Positions 1 through 13,852 are shown, counted from the first letter of the stretch. The stretch: 64,000 bases of DNA from Pseudovirgaria hyperparasitica (GCA_010093815.1 ML996565.1), one strand, 5' to 3'. Program-made: numbers and translations. Notes: generated by a model from the sequence alone, not told the origin.

Positions 1-30
1 GGGACGACGCCAAGTACTGACCATATCCAG

Positions 31-1288
<1,258 letters not shown>

Positions 1289-1889
1289 AATAACAGTCGC
1301 TATCCAACCTCCTCATATATCGCCCGCTTTTGCTTAGTGTAAGATAGATGATTAGGCGATTGTCTCCCGCATTGACACCAGCGCCTGCTGTAGTAGACGC
1401 CCTCATGTGACCTCGATAGTCGTACTTCCAGGGCTCGGTTGTGAGGCATCATCAGCCGTCGCTGCCTTATTCCGAGCTTGGAAATACTTAGGTTGAGGGC
1501 GGAGCTTGTCCGATGACCTAACTTCTCGTGCGTCTAATCGAGCCTTTGCATCCTCACGATTCTCCTTATAATTACTGCCATACGAACCCCCAAACCACCT
1601 AAGACTCTTCACCTATCCGTTCCTGCGATATATATCTGTCCATACGTCCTGCAGCCACAATATTTATACCGACTCACCTTGAAGTCAGACATCCTTCGAG
1701 CTGGACATAATAACCCATACAGGCTCCCAACACGGTCAGTCTCAGGTTTTCAGTGTCTGAAGCTGGACTCTTTGAAATATTTCACTCTACGGTGTCGTGC
1801 TTCCTTCCTGCGAGATTGGCAAACATTGGGACCTCGAGCGGTACACCATCCACTTACACTCACTTGCAGACCCGACGTCGGTTTTGTGG

Positions 1890-4795
1890 ATGCCAGTTGA
1901 TGACACCAGCTCATCCAGATCTCAATGCTTAGTGGTCTCGTCCGTCCAGTCGTATTGCTCACCGCCCTCTCGACGGGGAGCTACGATTGATACCGAACTT
2001 CACAATGATACCACAAAAGAAGAGGGATTGATACGCGATGAAAGTATATCTGCGGGGATGCCCAGTCCACTCTCACCGGAGCTGCGAGGTCAGTCTCTCC
2101 CGCAGATATCACAATCGGAGACGACCGCACAGATGACGCTTGCCGATAGCGAGACGTATTTTAGCAGTTCGATTGGGCAAAATCCAGCCCTGAAACGAAA
2201 TTCGATGATGCGACAAAAATCAAATTTGTCCATCGACTCAAGAGACAGCGACATAAGCATCCCCTCTGGACGGAAATCGGCATTGTCTATGGAGTCCAGG
2301 GATAGTGAAAAGAGTACCGTGCGCCCGTCGCGACGAAAGTCGGTCATGGCGATAGTCCTAGGATTGCGGGATACCGAGGCCAGAGAATTTCGATCTCTCT
2401 CAGAAACGAAGCCAGAAGAGAACAACCTTGAGGTTGTATCCGAATTCCCACAGATTGTTGTTGCTGATGTGAATGATACCGATACAAGTCAAGAGTACGA
2501 CTTGATGACACCTACTGTGGGGTTTCAAAATCCCTTTTGGGAAGATCCCATATCCAAAAGTCATCTGGCGCCGGACAAGAACATGCTTGCCCCAATACCA
2601 AGTCAGGTATCACTTGGGAGCGTTGGCACAACTGCGTCGTCAGCGTCTAGCATTGTTCGAGGGATCCGTCATGTATTGCCGCAGTTTAGCGCCACCGAAA
2701 CGCCCCCGAAGCCACGAAGGAGGTCGACTTTCGAGAGGGTCAAGAGAGAGCTCTTCCCTCAGCTCCCTTCAAAACCAGTTCTAGCAGCAAAGCGTCACAA
2801 AGCCACATCGCCGTCAGGAATGTCCAGGTCGCAACATATACGGCAGGTCAACCACGAGGCCGAGCTGTGCAAGTCAGAAAAGATCAGTACAGAGGACCGT
2901 CCCTCAGACGAGGAACTTCGACTGCGCAACGAGATTATGGGAAGTTCTCCTTTTAATGATAATCTGAATGTGGCGGAGGAGCAGAATAAGGGGGATAGTC
3001 CTGAACAGAAGCACACATTTGTCATACCAATACCCGAAGCTGCATTGCCAACAGAAGCAAGTACAGCCACGAAGATGTCCGAGTCTAAACTCAGGTGGCC
3101 AATGAAAATTGACTTGAGTGAGTTGAAACCCATTACATTCGGACTTGTTCCTACACCGACAAAGCCTCAACCACCGTCAAATCTCAGCCTACAAATGCCT
3201 GCATTGGAATCTATCAGCGAGACCCCCCAGATTATCTTTGATAGCGGTCTTTTTACACCGGCAGGATTCTCCGGTATGTACAAAATCTATCAAGATTGGC
3301 ATCCATACTGATCTAATATGCAACATAGACAAGACCCAGTCACAGCATCTTAGGTCCGTGAGCCGGGACTCTATGCGGCATACAAGGCGAAGGAAACCCA
3401 CTCCCAATAGTGAAGAGTCATCCCTGATCGGGTCGCCAACCCCTTTGTCAGCTGTCCAGCCCAAGTCTGGCCATAGACCAACTGTTAAAGCCTGGCTTCC
3501 AATGATGTCGCCCCAACGAGGGGTCAAAAGACCGCAGTCCTCGGAGTCGCTCTTCCCTAAGTCTGCGTCCCCTTTGCCACTGGCATCATTTCATAATGCA
3601 GGACGCCCCGTGAGAAGGTCTAGTGTATCAGCTGGGGCAACAGTATCCATGTTAAAGCCTCCTGGAATAGAAAGACGCTCTAGCACATCGACCCCTTCTA
3701 TGAACCCGAAGAAAGCGTGGAATGTATCAAGTCCTGAACAATGCGACAACACACAAGCCTCTTCAAATCCCTTCTCTCATATATGGAAGCCGTATTTACC
3801 TGAGAGACGCTGTAGTACATCAGCCCCCTCTCTCGACACAAAGGCCGTGTGGGATGTGTCTAAAGCTGGACTATCTGATAATACGCAAGTTTCTTCAGAT
3901 CAATGTGCTCAAACATGGAAGCCTCACGTGCCTGAGGCACACTCCGGCAAATCTACAACTTCCATCGAGACTAAAGTGTCAACGGCTTCACTCAAGTCCA
4001 AATCCAAGTTACAACCAATACCCGACAATGATGGAGCTGACGGACTGGAAGAAGCCTTGACTCGTCAGGAACACAAGGTGGATGTGCCTGGTGTACTGAT
4101 GCGGTCAAAGGTAATAAGTTGCAGGGACATGTGTCCGTTATCTAATATCCAATGCTAATCGAACACTGATACAGTCAAACACACGGCCACAGCTTCCTCT
4201 AAAGTTATGGCGAGCCTTCGGATCTTCCCAGCAGCGCACAAGGCCTGATAGTGAAGCAACTTCGCCGGCTACTAAAGTAAGTATAGAGCCTGGGGACGCC
4301 ACCGACATCCGATCCAGTTTGGGCACTGGCCGCAGGAAGACGAGCTATTTCTCAATGGAGAGATCACGATCAGAGGCGCAGACGGCGAAGGTATCTTTGG
4401 CAGCCCAAAAGAACCTTGCAACGAAGTCGAAAGTCATGTCGCAATATCTGGGCGACCGCTATCCTGCCGAGTCAACATCGCATTGGAACAGCGATGACTT
4501 GCTCATGTCTCAAGACGAGATACCACGCAAAAGTGGAGAGGTGCGGCCACTTTTGCCTGCCAGATCTGTTCCTAAGGATGGCGTACATTGGTTCAGAGTA
4601 AGGCTAGACTCCAAGGAAGATGATGACGAAGAAGGAATGGAAGAAGAAGACAGTACGGGGCCGATGAGACAGCATGAATGGGATTTACCAGAGCACTTGC
4701 CCGGGTCTCCGTTGTGTCCATTGAGTCCGAAGCATAAGAGCGGCGGGAAAGGATACTGTCCTATGCACAGTCGCCGAAAGACACACATCATCTAA
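1890..4795 (+). CDS. Large Ser/Pro-rich hypothetical protein with C-terminal HLPxSPLCP..PKH.SGG.G.C..H motif; start uncertain
   Basis: ORFs 1797-3311, 3145-4158 and 4319-4795 join in frame through introns 3274-3328 (GTATGT..TAG) and 4111-4174 (GTAATA..CAG). Confidence 0.7.
3670..3975 (+). repeat. 132-bp (44-aa) coding tandem repeat, about 2.3 copies
   Basis: Units start at 3670, 3802 and 3934: ERRSSTSTPSMNPKKAWNVS...DNTQASS...WKPYLP / ERRCSTSAPSLDTKAVWDVS...DNTQVSS...WKPHVP / EAHSGKSTTSIETK. Confidence 0.8.
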
Positions 4796-5101
4796 ACGTT
4801 AGACGCATTCCCGATTTTTGTCTTGTGATAGCTAAGAATATTGTCATGTGCGAGTATTGGCACTGCTGGGATGGAGCACCTGAATGTAAACAACCCTTCA
4901 AGCCTTCTACATTGCAAGGAGCGGCACATACGGAGCAGGCATGACTAGTCCCAAAGAGGGGTGCGTGGCTTAATCTGCTAAGTACCCGTACCGACCGCCG
5001 GGTGCACAGTGCATGGATCTATAATGGATGCTAGCGTCGCGCATCCACCGCGTTTCTTTTATATCACAGCTGTAACAAGCACCACCTCCATCCCAATCAC
5101 C

Positions 5102-6400
5102 ATGGCTTCGTTCGACCCGCTTCTCCAGCTGCGTGAAGCCATCGCTAAAGGCCCGGCGCCGTTTCTCACTAAGTCAAGCGACGGCACGGCGACGGGTGAC
5201 ATCGTGGCCTCTCTGTCAGAAGCAACCCATCTCCAGTTCAATCACGACAACCAGCAGCGCCTGATACCTCTCACCACACCAACCCGCTTCGTCGTATCCG
5301 GAAACCCAGTCGACCTGCGGAACATCTATCTGGCTTGGATCAAGAAGGATGCCGCAATTCCAGAATATGTGGGAGAGGCGCGGAAGCTGAATGAGGAATT
5401 GGCAAAGAGCGGAGCGGTAGCAGCAGTACAGAACTTGCAATTTGTACAAAAGCTTGATTTGGTTGCGTGGCTTCAAGGTGCATCCGATGAGAGTGAATAT
5501 ATAAAACCTCTTGCTGCTGATGGGGAGGCGGCTCAGGCATCGGCCGACGTAGCATCTGGTGCGGCTGGTGGTGTTGCGACCGTTCCCTCAGCGGGTCAGG
5601 CTGCAAAGGGCCCAAAGCAGGTGGACTCACGGTTACTGGAGATCTATAGTGCGGAGAGGAAGATGGGAGACAGAAATAGCTGTCTCAGAGGAATTAAGCC
5701 GACGGTTTGTAACCCGCGACATATCTGAGATGCAGGACTGACGTAGTTCCAGGACTTCTCGCATGTGCGCAAATCAGCTGCAGTATTCCTGCACCACTCG
5801 AAGCAAAAGCCAGGTCAAGCGCCTCCAAATGCCGGCATGGCGCCATCGCTCCCTCTAAATCCCAAGAAGCCCCATCGCAGAATAGAACCGATCATCCTCA
5901 TCTCGCCCTCCGCCAGCTCCCTCCTCCGCATGTCGAATGTCCGTTCCTTTCTCGGCGAAGGTCTATATATACCTCCTGACACCGCCAATGCGTCAGTAAA
6001 TATCCTCCACATTGAGCGCACACTCCCAAGCATCGACCCCGCGCGACCGATGCGTTTCATTCTCGTAGACAGCTCAGACCAATTCAAGCCGGACTACTGG
6101 TCGCGGGTCGTTGCAGTCTTCACAACGGGTCAGGCATGGCAGTTCAAGAGCTACAAGTGGACACAGCCAATGGAGCTGTTCGGTCACGCTCTAGGTATAT
6201 ATGTGGGTTGGAGAGGAGACAGTACTCCTGATACAGTCAAGGGCTGGGGTAGGAGCGTCGCTACCATTCAACTGGATAAGTGGAACAATACACAGGGAAC
6301 GCACGGCAGATGGAGGGATAGAGAGGTCATGGAGAGCGTGTGGAGCGCGATTGAGGAGAGCATGAGGGGCAAGGGGTGGGCCAAGGAGGGACCGCGGTGA
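5102..6400 (+). CDS. CDC73: Paf1 complex subunit Cdc73 (parafibromin)
   Basis: MASFDPLLQLREAI...; intron 5705-5752 gives RGIKPTDFSHVRK; C-terminal PIILISPSASSLLRMSNV, YWSRVVAVFTTGQAWQFKSYKW and RWRDREV motifs of Cdc73. Confidence 0.93.
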
Positions 6401-7086
6401 ACAACACTTCGGGTGGTAACATCACAACCACGATGCTGATATATCTTTGTATAAACACGAACGGATTTACCGAAGCGGGCGTTCAACGGACAAGAGGATC
6501 CATTGCAGTATGTATGCATATTGGCCCGGGCGCATTGGCAACGTTCGAAGACTTAGTTCCATAGTCGGCCACGGAGCGGATGGTTTGAATCAGAATCCAC
6601 GGTGACCAAGCACCGCATATCATGTTTGACTCCAATATCTCGCGAAAACCGGATTGAACGCGACAATCCTTGCAATTCTTGTATTAATCTTTCTCGATCT
6701 TGTCATGAAACTCGCCTTAGTCATCACAATCATACTCACTCTCGCTGTCAGCTCTTCTCTCATCCGACCATCCCTTGCCTTGCAATCCTCCGTCACATCA
6801 ACCTCACCCGTCGCCAGGACTCCAAGATCCCAACCCGAAATGGCATTCCGCGCCCGAAAAAAGCTCCACTGCCCGTCCCGAAACAGTTTCAACGATCCTC
6901 TGCCTACGACTTCGGCTACCGGTCACTCCCAGCGCTAGCACCCTCGAAGTGAGTAATACAACTCAGCATTTCGAACCAACGCTATAGAACTAGCAAGATT
7001 CGAACTGGGTCAGACGAGTTCGTGAATAGAAACATCAATTTCGGATGTTAACTTTGGTTAATCAGCCGTCTAGCTCAACCGGACAA

Positions 7087-8109
7087 TCATGCTGTAGGGG
7101 TGTCTACATACCTGTTTGACGCCTCAAACTGTCCAAATACAACCGCCTTGTTCGTGTTATTCTCTGACTGCATAAAGCTTTGCTCAAACTTAAGCAGTAA
7201 TTTGCTCGTTTGTACTAGCAATTCTCGGTACTCGACTTCATAGCTCACAGGCGGGTCTTCCCCCGGTAGTAACACAACGCGCGGCTCCCGCCAAATATCC
7301 TTCTCAGCCACACCAAACCGGAATCCAATAGTCTTGTTCAGACCCAACCATGTAATATCCGGATCTCCAGACACATCAAGTGTGTGCAGAGCTCGCGGCT
7401 CGACCTCTGTGACTCCCCGTCCACGCACGCATCTCTCGCCCAGCCAGCGCCTGAACAGCCGCGTGAAGCCTTCCTCGACAAGCACGCACGACGTATACAC
7501 TCCTTTCCGCGGCCCGAGCTGGATCAACTGAATGCTCGCGCACAGCTGCGTGAACAGCTCATGGCTATCCAGATGGAGAACCTTGCGCACCGTCTCCTGC
7601 ATCTCGGCCTCGGTGGCAGCGTATCGCTGCGGCTTATCCGCCGTCGCGGGATGCGTGCGCGAGCCCGGTACGTCGCCTGCCGGATGCCGTGGTTTCGGCT
7701 GTGAGGAATCAGACATCTCGCGCCTAGGCACAAAGGAGGTGTAGAGGTGCCGCATTGCGTGTAATTGGGATGCGAAGGGGCGCTCGTGGGTGTCTGGATA
7801 GGCGACGTCGGGGAGCCAGAGTGTGTCGTCGAGGCCGGGGGTGCCGAGGGGTGTGCAGTAGAGGTGTGGCTCGGAGTATTTGCCTGAAGGAGGGTAGAGT
7901 TCGAGGAGGAGAGTGTGGGCTTTGCTGGTGCAGAGGGTGTGCATGCGTGTGCGGATGAGGCGGCAGATTAGGGAGGCGAAGCGGCGGGATGTGAGTGTCC
8001 AGGGGAGGAGGGTGGGTGTGCGGAAGGTGGAGAGGATTGCGAGGAGGAGTTCGTTTGGGAGGGTGTAGAGGGGGCTTGTGTGTTGAGTTTGAGGGGGTTT
8101 TGAGGCCAT
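7087..8109 (-). CDS. F-box domain protein
   Basis: N-terminal LYTLPNELLLAILSTF...LTSRRFASL F-box signature; ATG at 8109; single long ORF. Confidence 0.75.
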   Translation of the reverse strand: MASKPPQTQHTSPLYTLPNELLLAILSTFRTPTLLPWTLTSRRFASLICRLIRTRMHTLCTSKAHTLLLELYPPSGKYSEPHLYCTPLGTPGLDDTLWLPDVAYPDTHERPFASQLHAMRHLYTSFVPRREMSDSSQPKPRHPAGDVPGSRTHPATADKPQRYAATEAEMQETVRKVLHLDSHELFTQLCASIQLIQLGPRKGVYTSCVLVEEGFTRLFRRWLGERCVRGRGVTEVEPRALHTLDVSGDPDITWLGLNKTIGFRFGVAEKDIWREPRVVLLPGEDPPVSYEVEYRELLVQTSKLLLKFEQSFMQSENNTNKAVVFGQFEASNRYVDTPTA

Positions 8110-8509
8110 GTTTGTGTATATAGCGTTGTATAGCGTGGGATAGAGGTGTGTGGACGGTTTATGGAGTGTATGAAGGGGGATTATGAGATGGCTCGTTATG
8201 CTGAGCGACAAGGTGATTGCGGGAGAATGAGGTTGAAGAAGTTGAAGAGAGCATTGTAGCGCAGAGTGGTGAAGCGTACATGGTGACGATTCTTCATGCG
8301 ACTACCAGCCGGAGATAAGGAGAAGTGAATTAGCGTTGTTTGGAATCCGGGGTAAATCTGCCCGCCCTATCGATAAGCCTTAGCGTAAAACGTGAGTGCG
8401 CGTTCAAGCGCGTTCGAACGCGTGGGTCATCTTAATCTATTCACATCCTCGCACTCCTACTCATTGCAACCATCCCACTCTCAGATTATGCTTGCGTGCT
8501 GACCTCACA

Positions 8510-10018
8510 ATGGAGAGATTCGTTGCTTCGAAGGAGAACAATCGTACAGGCTCACCCTTCGGCACGAAACCTGCACCAGCTCGCGATGTCCGGCTTCCAG
8601 AATTCAAAAGCGAAAACACAGCTCAGCCTGAGTATGGCTTGAGAGAGCGACCGCGCGCATTTCAAAATGTGCCGCAGTATCAGCCTCAGATAATACAAGA
8701 TTCAATGCCTCCACCTCCGCTTCAGCAACAGGCCAGGAATAGCTTATTTTCTTCCCGTGGGTCTTCGACATACGGTGCCCACAGAAACCCTTTTGAAGCT
8801 TCTGAAATCGGTAGCTTGGATGATAGTAGCATCACGAATCTTGATTTACCTGTTCCTCAACGTTTGCCTCAAAAACTCCATTTCGTCGAGCCAGCCCAGC
8901 AGCACCACCAGGACAACCAAGAGATGTATAGTGATGGCTATAGCCAGGGAAGGTCAAGCATAAATGGAGAGTCGCAGTACGACGAAGACGATGAAGAGGA
9001 AGAGCATTTTGCACAAAAGGTCGATGTGGAAGACGATGAGCGTAAAGGCGGAATGTATGACATAATGGAGACAGCCCGCGAGATGTATGACGAAGGTGAC
9101 TATCCGACGACTTCAATCGGCGAAGAGACGCAGACTGTGAACGACGCAGATCTAGTAGAACGTACAGGTTCTCCAGCTCTGCAGCAGCCAGTCCGACATA
9201 ATGGCCCGAAACGTCTGCCGACGCAGAATATGAAGCTGCAACACACTCCTACGTGGCCACCGAATGACGTTCCGCCCACTAACTGGCCTGCCGCAAAGAC
9301 TCGAGTTCAGACTCACACTAGTTTTGCCCAACGCCCGAATCCCAATGCCGTTGCTCGAGGCCTGCCTCCTAATAAAAATGTACCAGAGACTGTATCTGGG
9401 GTTACGAACGCCTTAACGGCCAAACAACCCAGATTTATCAAGGCGGAGCATCCACTGCCAGAGTCAAAGAGATTGCCGAAGCCTATAGTTGTAGCTTCAG
9501 CACCGCCCCCTATGAGCCCAGATCGTGACATTCGTGAGCAGGCTGCTGAAGAGAATATCGACGATACCTTCGTGATAGATTATGCCGAACCAATCCTATT
9601 CAAGAAGCCGTACTCTGACTTGGCGAAGGAGTCATTCGACCATGATCCAGCCGAGCCAGTCGTACCCTTTCCAGATAATCTCATGAACGCAGCTTTGCCG
9701 GACCGGATGCAATATGCCCGACAAAAGTTCAACCACGATCAAAAGACTGCATTCCTGTCATCCCTCGAACTCGAGGAATGGGAAGGTGCAGGCGAATGGT
9801 TTGTGGAAAAATTCACCGATGCCATGAAACAAGTCATCAGCAATCGAAGAGAGAAGCGTCAATTAGCGGCGAGATTCGAAGACGAAATCCGAGACCGCGA
9901 CCGGGAAGTGGCCCGGAAGAGGGCCCGGACTGAACAGGAGTTAAACTCAATGCGAAGTAATGGACAGAAGCTCCTGAACACGCCTCGTAAGGGTCGCTCA
10001 ACGCCTAAGAGACAGTAA
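8510..10018 (+). CDS. ECM11: ECM11 C-terminal-domain protein (disordered N-terminus, coiled-coil C-terminus)
   Basis: IDYAEPILFKKPYSDLAKESFDHDP...FLSSLELEEWEGAGEWFVEKF...REKRQLAARFEDEIRDR matches the ECM11 family pattern as I recall it. Confidence 0.72.
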   Translation: MERFVASKENNRTGSPFGTKPAPARDVRLPEFKSENTAQPEYGLRERPRAFQNVPQYQPQIIQDSMPPPPLQQQARNSLFSSRGSSTYGAHRNPFEASEIGSLDDSSITNLDLPVPQRLPQKLHFVEPAQQHHQDNQEMYSDGYSQGRSSINGESQYDEDDEEEEHFAQKVDVEDDERKGGMYDIMETAREMYDEGDYPTTSIGEETQTVNDADLVERTGSPALQQPVRHNGPKRLPTQNMKLQHTPTWPPNDVPPTNWPAAKTRVQTHTSFAQRPNPNAVARGLPPNKNVPETVSGVTNALTAKQPRFIKAEHPLPESKRLPKPIVVASAPPPMSPDRDIREQAAEENIDDTFVIDYAEPILFKKPYSDLAKESFDHDPAEPVVPFPDNLMNAALPDRMQYARQKFNHDQKTAFLSSLELEEWEGAGEWFVEKFTDAMKQVISNRREKRQLAARFEDEIRDRDREVARKRARTEQELNSMRSNGQKLLNTPRKGRSTPKRQ

Positions 10019-10394
10019 TCGTTTACGTAATTTGCTCGAGGGCATGATCATTTGCCAACGCGGTGTGGCTTACAGGACACGAGACGGAGTTCGGAAAAGT
10101 TCCCTATATCATCTGTGTCTCTCTACTATTTATGTTCACGTTTCGATCCATCAGTCTAGCGCATTCGTCTGCAGCGATACGCGAACATGCATTTACTGGC
10201 GCATTATACCCCCTACACGTGTCTGATATATCAATGGCATTTCATGTATTTCGTATGGCTCATGAACAAATATGATCACATCTCGTACGTCTCACTCTAC
10301 CGCTCTTAAAGACCTTTTCGATTCAACCCCGAGCCCTCGAATAATAAATCCTTCTCCGCTCATCATCACGCATCTATCCCCCTTTTCCATGCTC

Positions 10395-11256
10395 TCAGAA
10401 CCACCCACCCATACTCCCATACACTTCACCTACAAACATCAGCACCCCCTTTTCGAAATCCATCATCAGCACAGGAAAACTCACCAGTAACATACGCACT
10501 GCCCTCACCCCCCAACACCCACCCAATCAACCCCGCAATCTCCTCCGCCTTGCCAACCCGCTTCAAACTCAACCTCTCAACCTCATCCCTGATATACACC
10601 ATCATCGGCGTATCAACATACCCCGGCGCAACAACATTCACCCGCACTCCCCACGCCCCCGCCTCCATCGCCGCACTCTTACTCATCCCAACAACCGCAT
10701 GCTTACTCGCCGCGTACGCCGCACTCCCCGCCCGCCCCGCTACACCCGCTATACTCGCCACATTCACCACACACCCCCTCTGCCCCGCGACCTCCATCCC
10801 CTTTCCCTCCCCCGGCATCCCCACCTCCGTTTCCCTCCCACACCCCATCGCCCGCAACTGCGCACGCATACAATTCCACACCCCCGTCACATTCACCCCC
10901 GTAATCCGCGCATACAACGCATCATCAACATCCCAGATCGGCGTAGCAGGTGGATTCCCCCCGTTCGTCCCCGCCGCATTGACAGCGCCGTGCAGCGCCC
11001 CGAACTTCTCCAGCGTGGCATCTATCCATTCATTCACGGCGCTTGCGTCCCTGACGTCGACGACGCGGTATATGAGTGGTGCGCTGTGGGTGAGGGAGAG
11101 CGTGGATGCGGCGGAGGCGAGCGCGGAGGCGGATATATCGGCTAGGGAGAGGGATGCGCCGTTGCGGGCGAGGTAGTGTGCTGTTGCGAGGCCGATGCCG
11201 GATGCGGCGCCTGTGATGGCGATTGTTTTGCCGGTGAAGGGGGGTGGGGTTGACAT
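10395..11256 (-). CDS. Short-chain dehydrogenase/reductase (classical SDR)
   Basis: TGAASGIG, VNAAG, YAASK and VRVNVVAPG motifs; intron 10430-10484 (GTGAGT..TAG) gives the typical end SAYVTGEVYGSMGGWF*. Confidence 0.9.
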
Positions 11257-11902
11257 TTTGGATTGGTGGGGGGCTGTGGAGAGGGAGGGTGTGAGGTTAG
11301 TGGGTTTAGGAGATGGTGGAAGCAGGTATTAGAAGGGAAGGATCAAGGGATGGGGGTGGGTGTGTATGTGAGGTATGTGTTTCGAGGATATATGGTGAGT
11401 GTATGGAGGCTAGCCTGAAAGGGGTAATATCAGGATGAGAATGGATATGTGAAGCGACTGACTGATAGTGCGAGTGTGAAACAAGGGGTATACAAATGTG
11501 CGATGTATGTGCTGTATCGCCAATAATCGGCAGAGGCTATGAGTGAACAAGTTCCTTACCGATTGAATGACAGATCACACCGTGCTATCGGATCAGAGGA
11601 CGGAGACCTAGATGGAGAAAGAAAGCGTGAGCCTATACGACAGGTGCAAACTGTGAAGATGAATAGGTTCGGTCAGTGTTGCATACGTGCCTCTGAAATA
11701 TACGAACCTCAACGAGGGGAAGCTGGAGCTGATAATGCGGGGCAGAAGCACATGTCTAGTGGGCCAGATCCATGTGGATGTGATAAGTAAGAATTCAGTC
11801 ATAATCTCGAGAACAATACATGGGTATCAACACCAAACCACACACACTGAACTCCGACGCTACTAATAATGCACAACCAACGAAGCCACATAAAGAGATT
11901 CA

Positions 11903-13852
11903 TTAAGCAATGACCGCATCCAGGAAACGGTCCAACAAGCTCTCAAGGGCCGCCCTTCGCAGCACCATCTGTCCTCCACCCCTCAGCTGAGCGAGCCCCT
12001 GCCGGGCGATGTCATCTTCGACCAGTGCATTGTTCTCTCTCCAGTTCTTCTCCGCTTCTTCTCCCGCCCGCTTCCTCAGAGCTTCCTCGTCTTCCGTCCG
12101 ATACAAGTCACACCGATCGCACTGCACACAGTTGGCCCCTGGTGTGCGCCGGAAGTGCTGACAGAAGTGTGCATAGCCCTCTGTTCCGATTTTATCGCGG
12201 CAGACGTAGCACATCGTATATCCGCACGTACAGCGCATCTTGTTGCAGCCTGATTCCTTGACAAAGTTCGTATGGCATTGCGGGCATGTACGCTTGACGG
12301 CGTCGGCCATGGCGCGCTCGACAGTGGTGCGGAGGGATGTAAGAGCCGACGAGTGACAGGTGTGGAGTGTGTTCGGTGGCCATTCGGCGCTGCAGGAGAG
12401 GCACGAAGAGCGAGCGCAGGCACGCGATCCGCAGGTAAAGCGGAGACCATGTCGTCTACGGGCAATGCGAGTGAGTGAAGCGGTGACCGGAGACAATAAC
12501 GGGAGTGGGGTCGGGAGGAGGAGGTAGTTGAGGTTGACAAAAAAGAATATGAAGAGAAAGACGAAACGTAGTATAGTGGAGAGAAGATTCGCAAGGCCGA
12601 AAAGGGAGATTGAAACTATCACCGGCTGAGGTCGAAGTGAGAGGGCTAATGGTGGCTTTGAGAGAGCGATTGTGTCGACTTCGGCGTATGGACAGAATGG
12701 GCATTGTATCAGCGGTATCTGGGACTTGATCAGAGCTTCGGTGGTGAAGCGCTCATTAAGCTTCCGCAGGGAGTCGGTCCCCTCTTTGCCCGATGAACGA
12801 AGAGCAATTTCGAGGGACTGCGATGTCAAGCGACCGCGGCATTCTGCGTTGCTCACAGCCATGCATCTCAGGCTGCTATTTTCAATATCAATGCTCCGCG
12901 ACCAACCTTGTCCATACAGCGCTTCGTCCACAGTGTGTCGTATGCATCGAAAGCATATGAAATGGCCGTCTTCATTACATGCACTGAGCTGCTCTATCGT
13001 AGAAGATGTAAAGCAGCATTCGCAGTCGTACATCTCTCCAAGTTCTTCGGCTTGCTCTTCATTCAGCTTTTCGGCCAACTCGTGGTCGTTCGCTACTTGT
13101 TCTGCCATTTGTGTTGCGATGATAGGCTCGATCAGTTGCTCGTACAGTTCCTTGTCCAGTTCGAAGTTGTTTGTCGATATCAAACGAGGTGTCGTTGGAC
13201 CGCCAGCTCTGCTCTCCCGGTGCCACTCTAACAGTGGATGATCCTCAACACCCGGCGATTTCTTCCGAGTGAAGAGTTTGGTGAGTGAATATCGCCAAGA
13301 TTGGGTGTTCAGCCCTAACAGTGTTGGACGCGAGTGAGTATAGGAATAATTGTGCTCGGCCAGCACCGCATTGATGGTTGAACGGCTTAGGTTCTTGAAC
13401 TCTTGATAGAGCTGCGCCTTGACAGCATCACGATAGCTTTTACTTCTAAACTGGTCTTCCAACACCAAAGGTGCTTCTCTCGTACCCTTTGCGCTCGTGC
13501 TCTTGTACTTATATTTTCGGCTAGGTGTTCCTTCTTCCTTCTGCTCGTCTTCACCATTGATCGATGACCTCCATCGGCCCGCCACGAACTTTGATTTATT
13601 CTTCAGCATGGCCTCAGTAACGACTTGGAGTCGGCTCTCATCGCCAAAAGCCATGAGCATTTCACGAAATACCTCTGGCTGCACGTCTGGGAAGATGTCC
13701 ACCAGAGCTTTCAAAGCATTGTTAAGATCACGCAGGTCCAGGGCCTCATGTAAGCCTTTATCTGGAGCCTCAGACGGGGATGCTGTCAGCCTGGTGCTCG
13801 TAGGGCGCTCTCTCGTTGACCGCCATGGCATCGAGGCAAACATCGTAGTCAT
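11903..13852 (-). CDS. RBR (RING-between-RING) E3 ubiquitin ligase, RNF216/TRIAD3-like, with N-terminal CUE-like region
   Basis: LVDIFPDVQPEVFREML (CUE-like); RING1 CECCF..C..GHFICFRC; IBR CPFC..C...C...SCLSC...HTC; RING2 CPQC..FVKESGCNKMRCTCGYTMCYVCR. Confidence 0.88.
   Translation of the reverse strand: MTTMFASMPWRSTRERPTSTRLTASPSEAPDKGLHEALDLRDLNNALKALVDIFPDVQPEVFREMLMAFGDESRLQVVTEAMLKNKSKFVAGRWRSSINGEDEQKEEGTPSRKYKYKSTSAKGTREAPLVLEDQFRSKSYRDAVKAQLYQEFKNLSRSTINAVLAEHNYSYTHSRPTLLGLNTQSWRYSLTKLFTRKKSPGVEDHPLLEWHRESRAGGPTTPRLISTNNFELDKELYEQLIEPIIATQMAEQVANDHELAEKLNEEQAEELGEMYDCECCFTSSTIEQLSACNEDGHFICFRCIRHTVDEALYGQGWSRSIDIENSSLRCMAVSNAECRGRLTSQSLEIALRSSGKEGTDSLRKLNERFTTEALIKSQIPLIQCPFCPYAEVDTIALSKPPLALSLRPQPVIVSISLFGLANLLSTILRFVFLFIFFFVNLNYLLLPTPLPLLSPVTASLTRIARRRHGLRFTCGSRACARSSCLSCSAEWPPNTLHTCHSSALTSLRTTVERAMADAVKRTCPQCHTNFVKESGCNKMRCTCGYTMCYVCRDKIGTEGYAHFCQHFRRTPGANCVQCDRCDLYRTEDEEALRKRAGEEAEKNWRENNALVEDDIARQGLAQLRGGGQMVLRRAALESLLDRFLDAVIA

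Noticed and set aside
6600..6990. Overlapping short ORFs between CDC73 and the F-box gene
   Set aside because: No recognisable motif or consistent splice model; probably non-coding.
10395..11256. SDR as a member of the PKS cluster
   Set aside because: It is separated from the cluster by the RBR ligase and has the flank-type composition.
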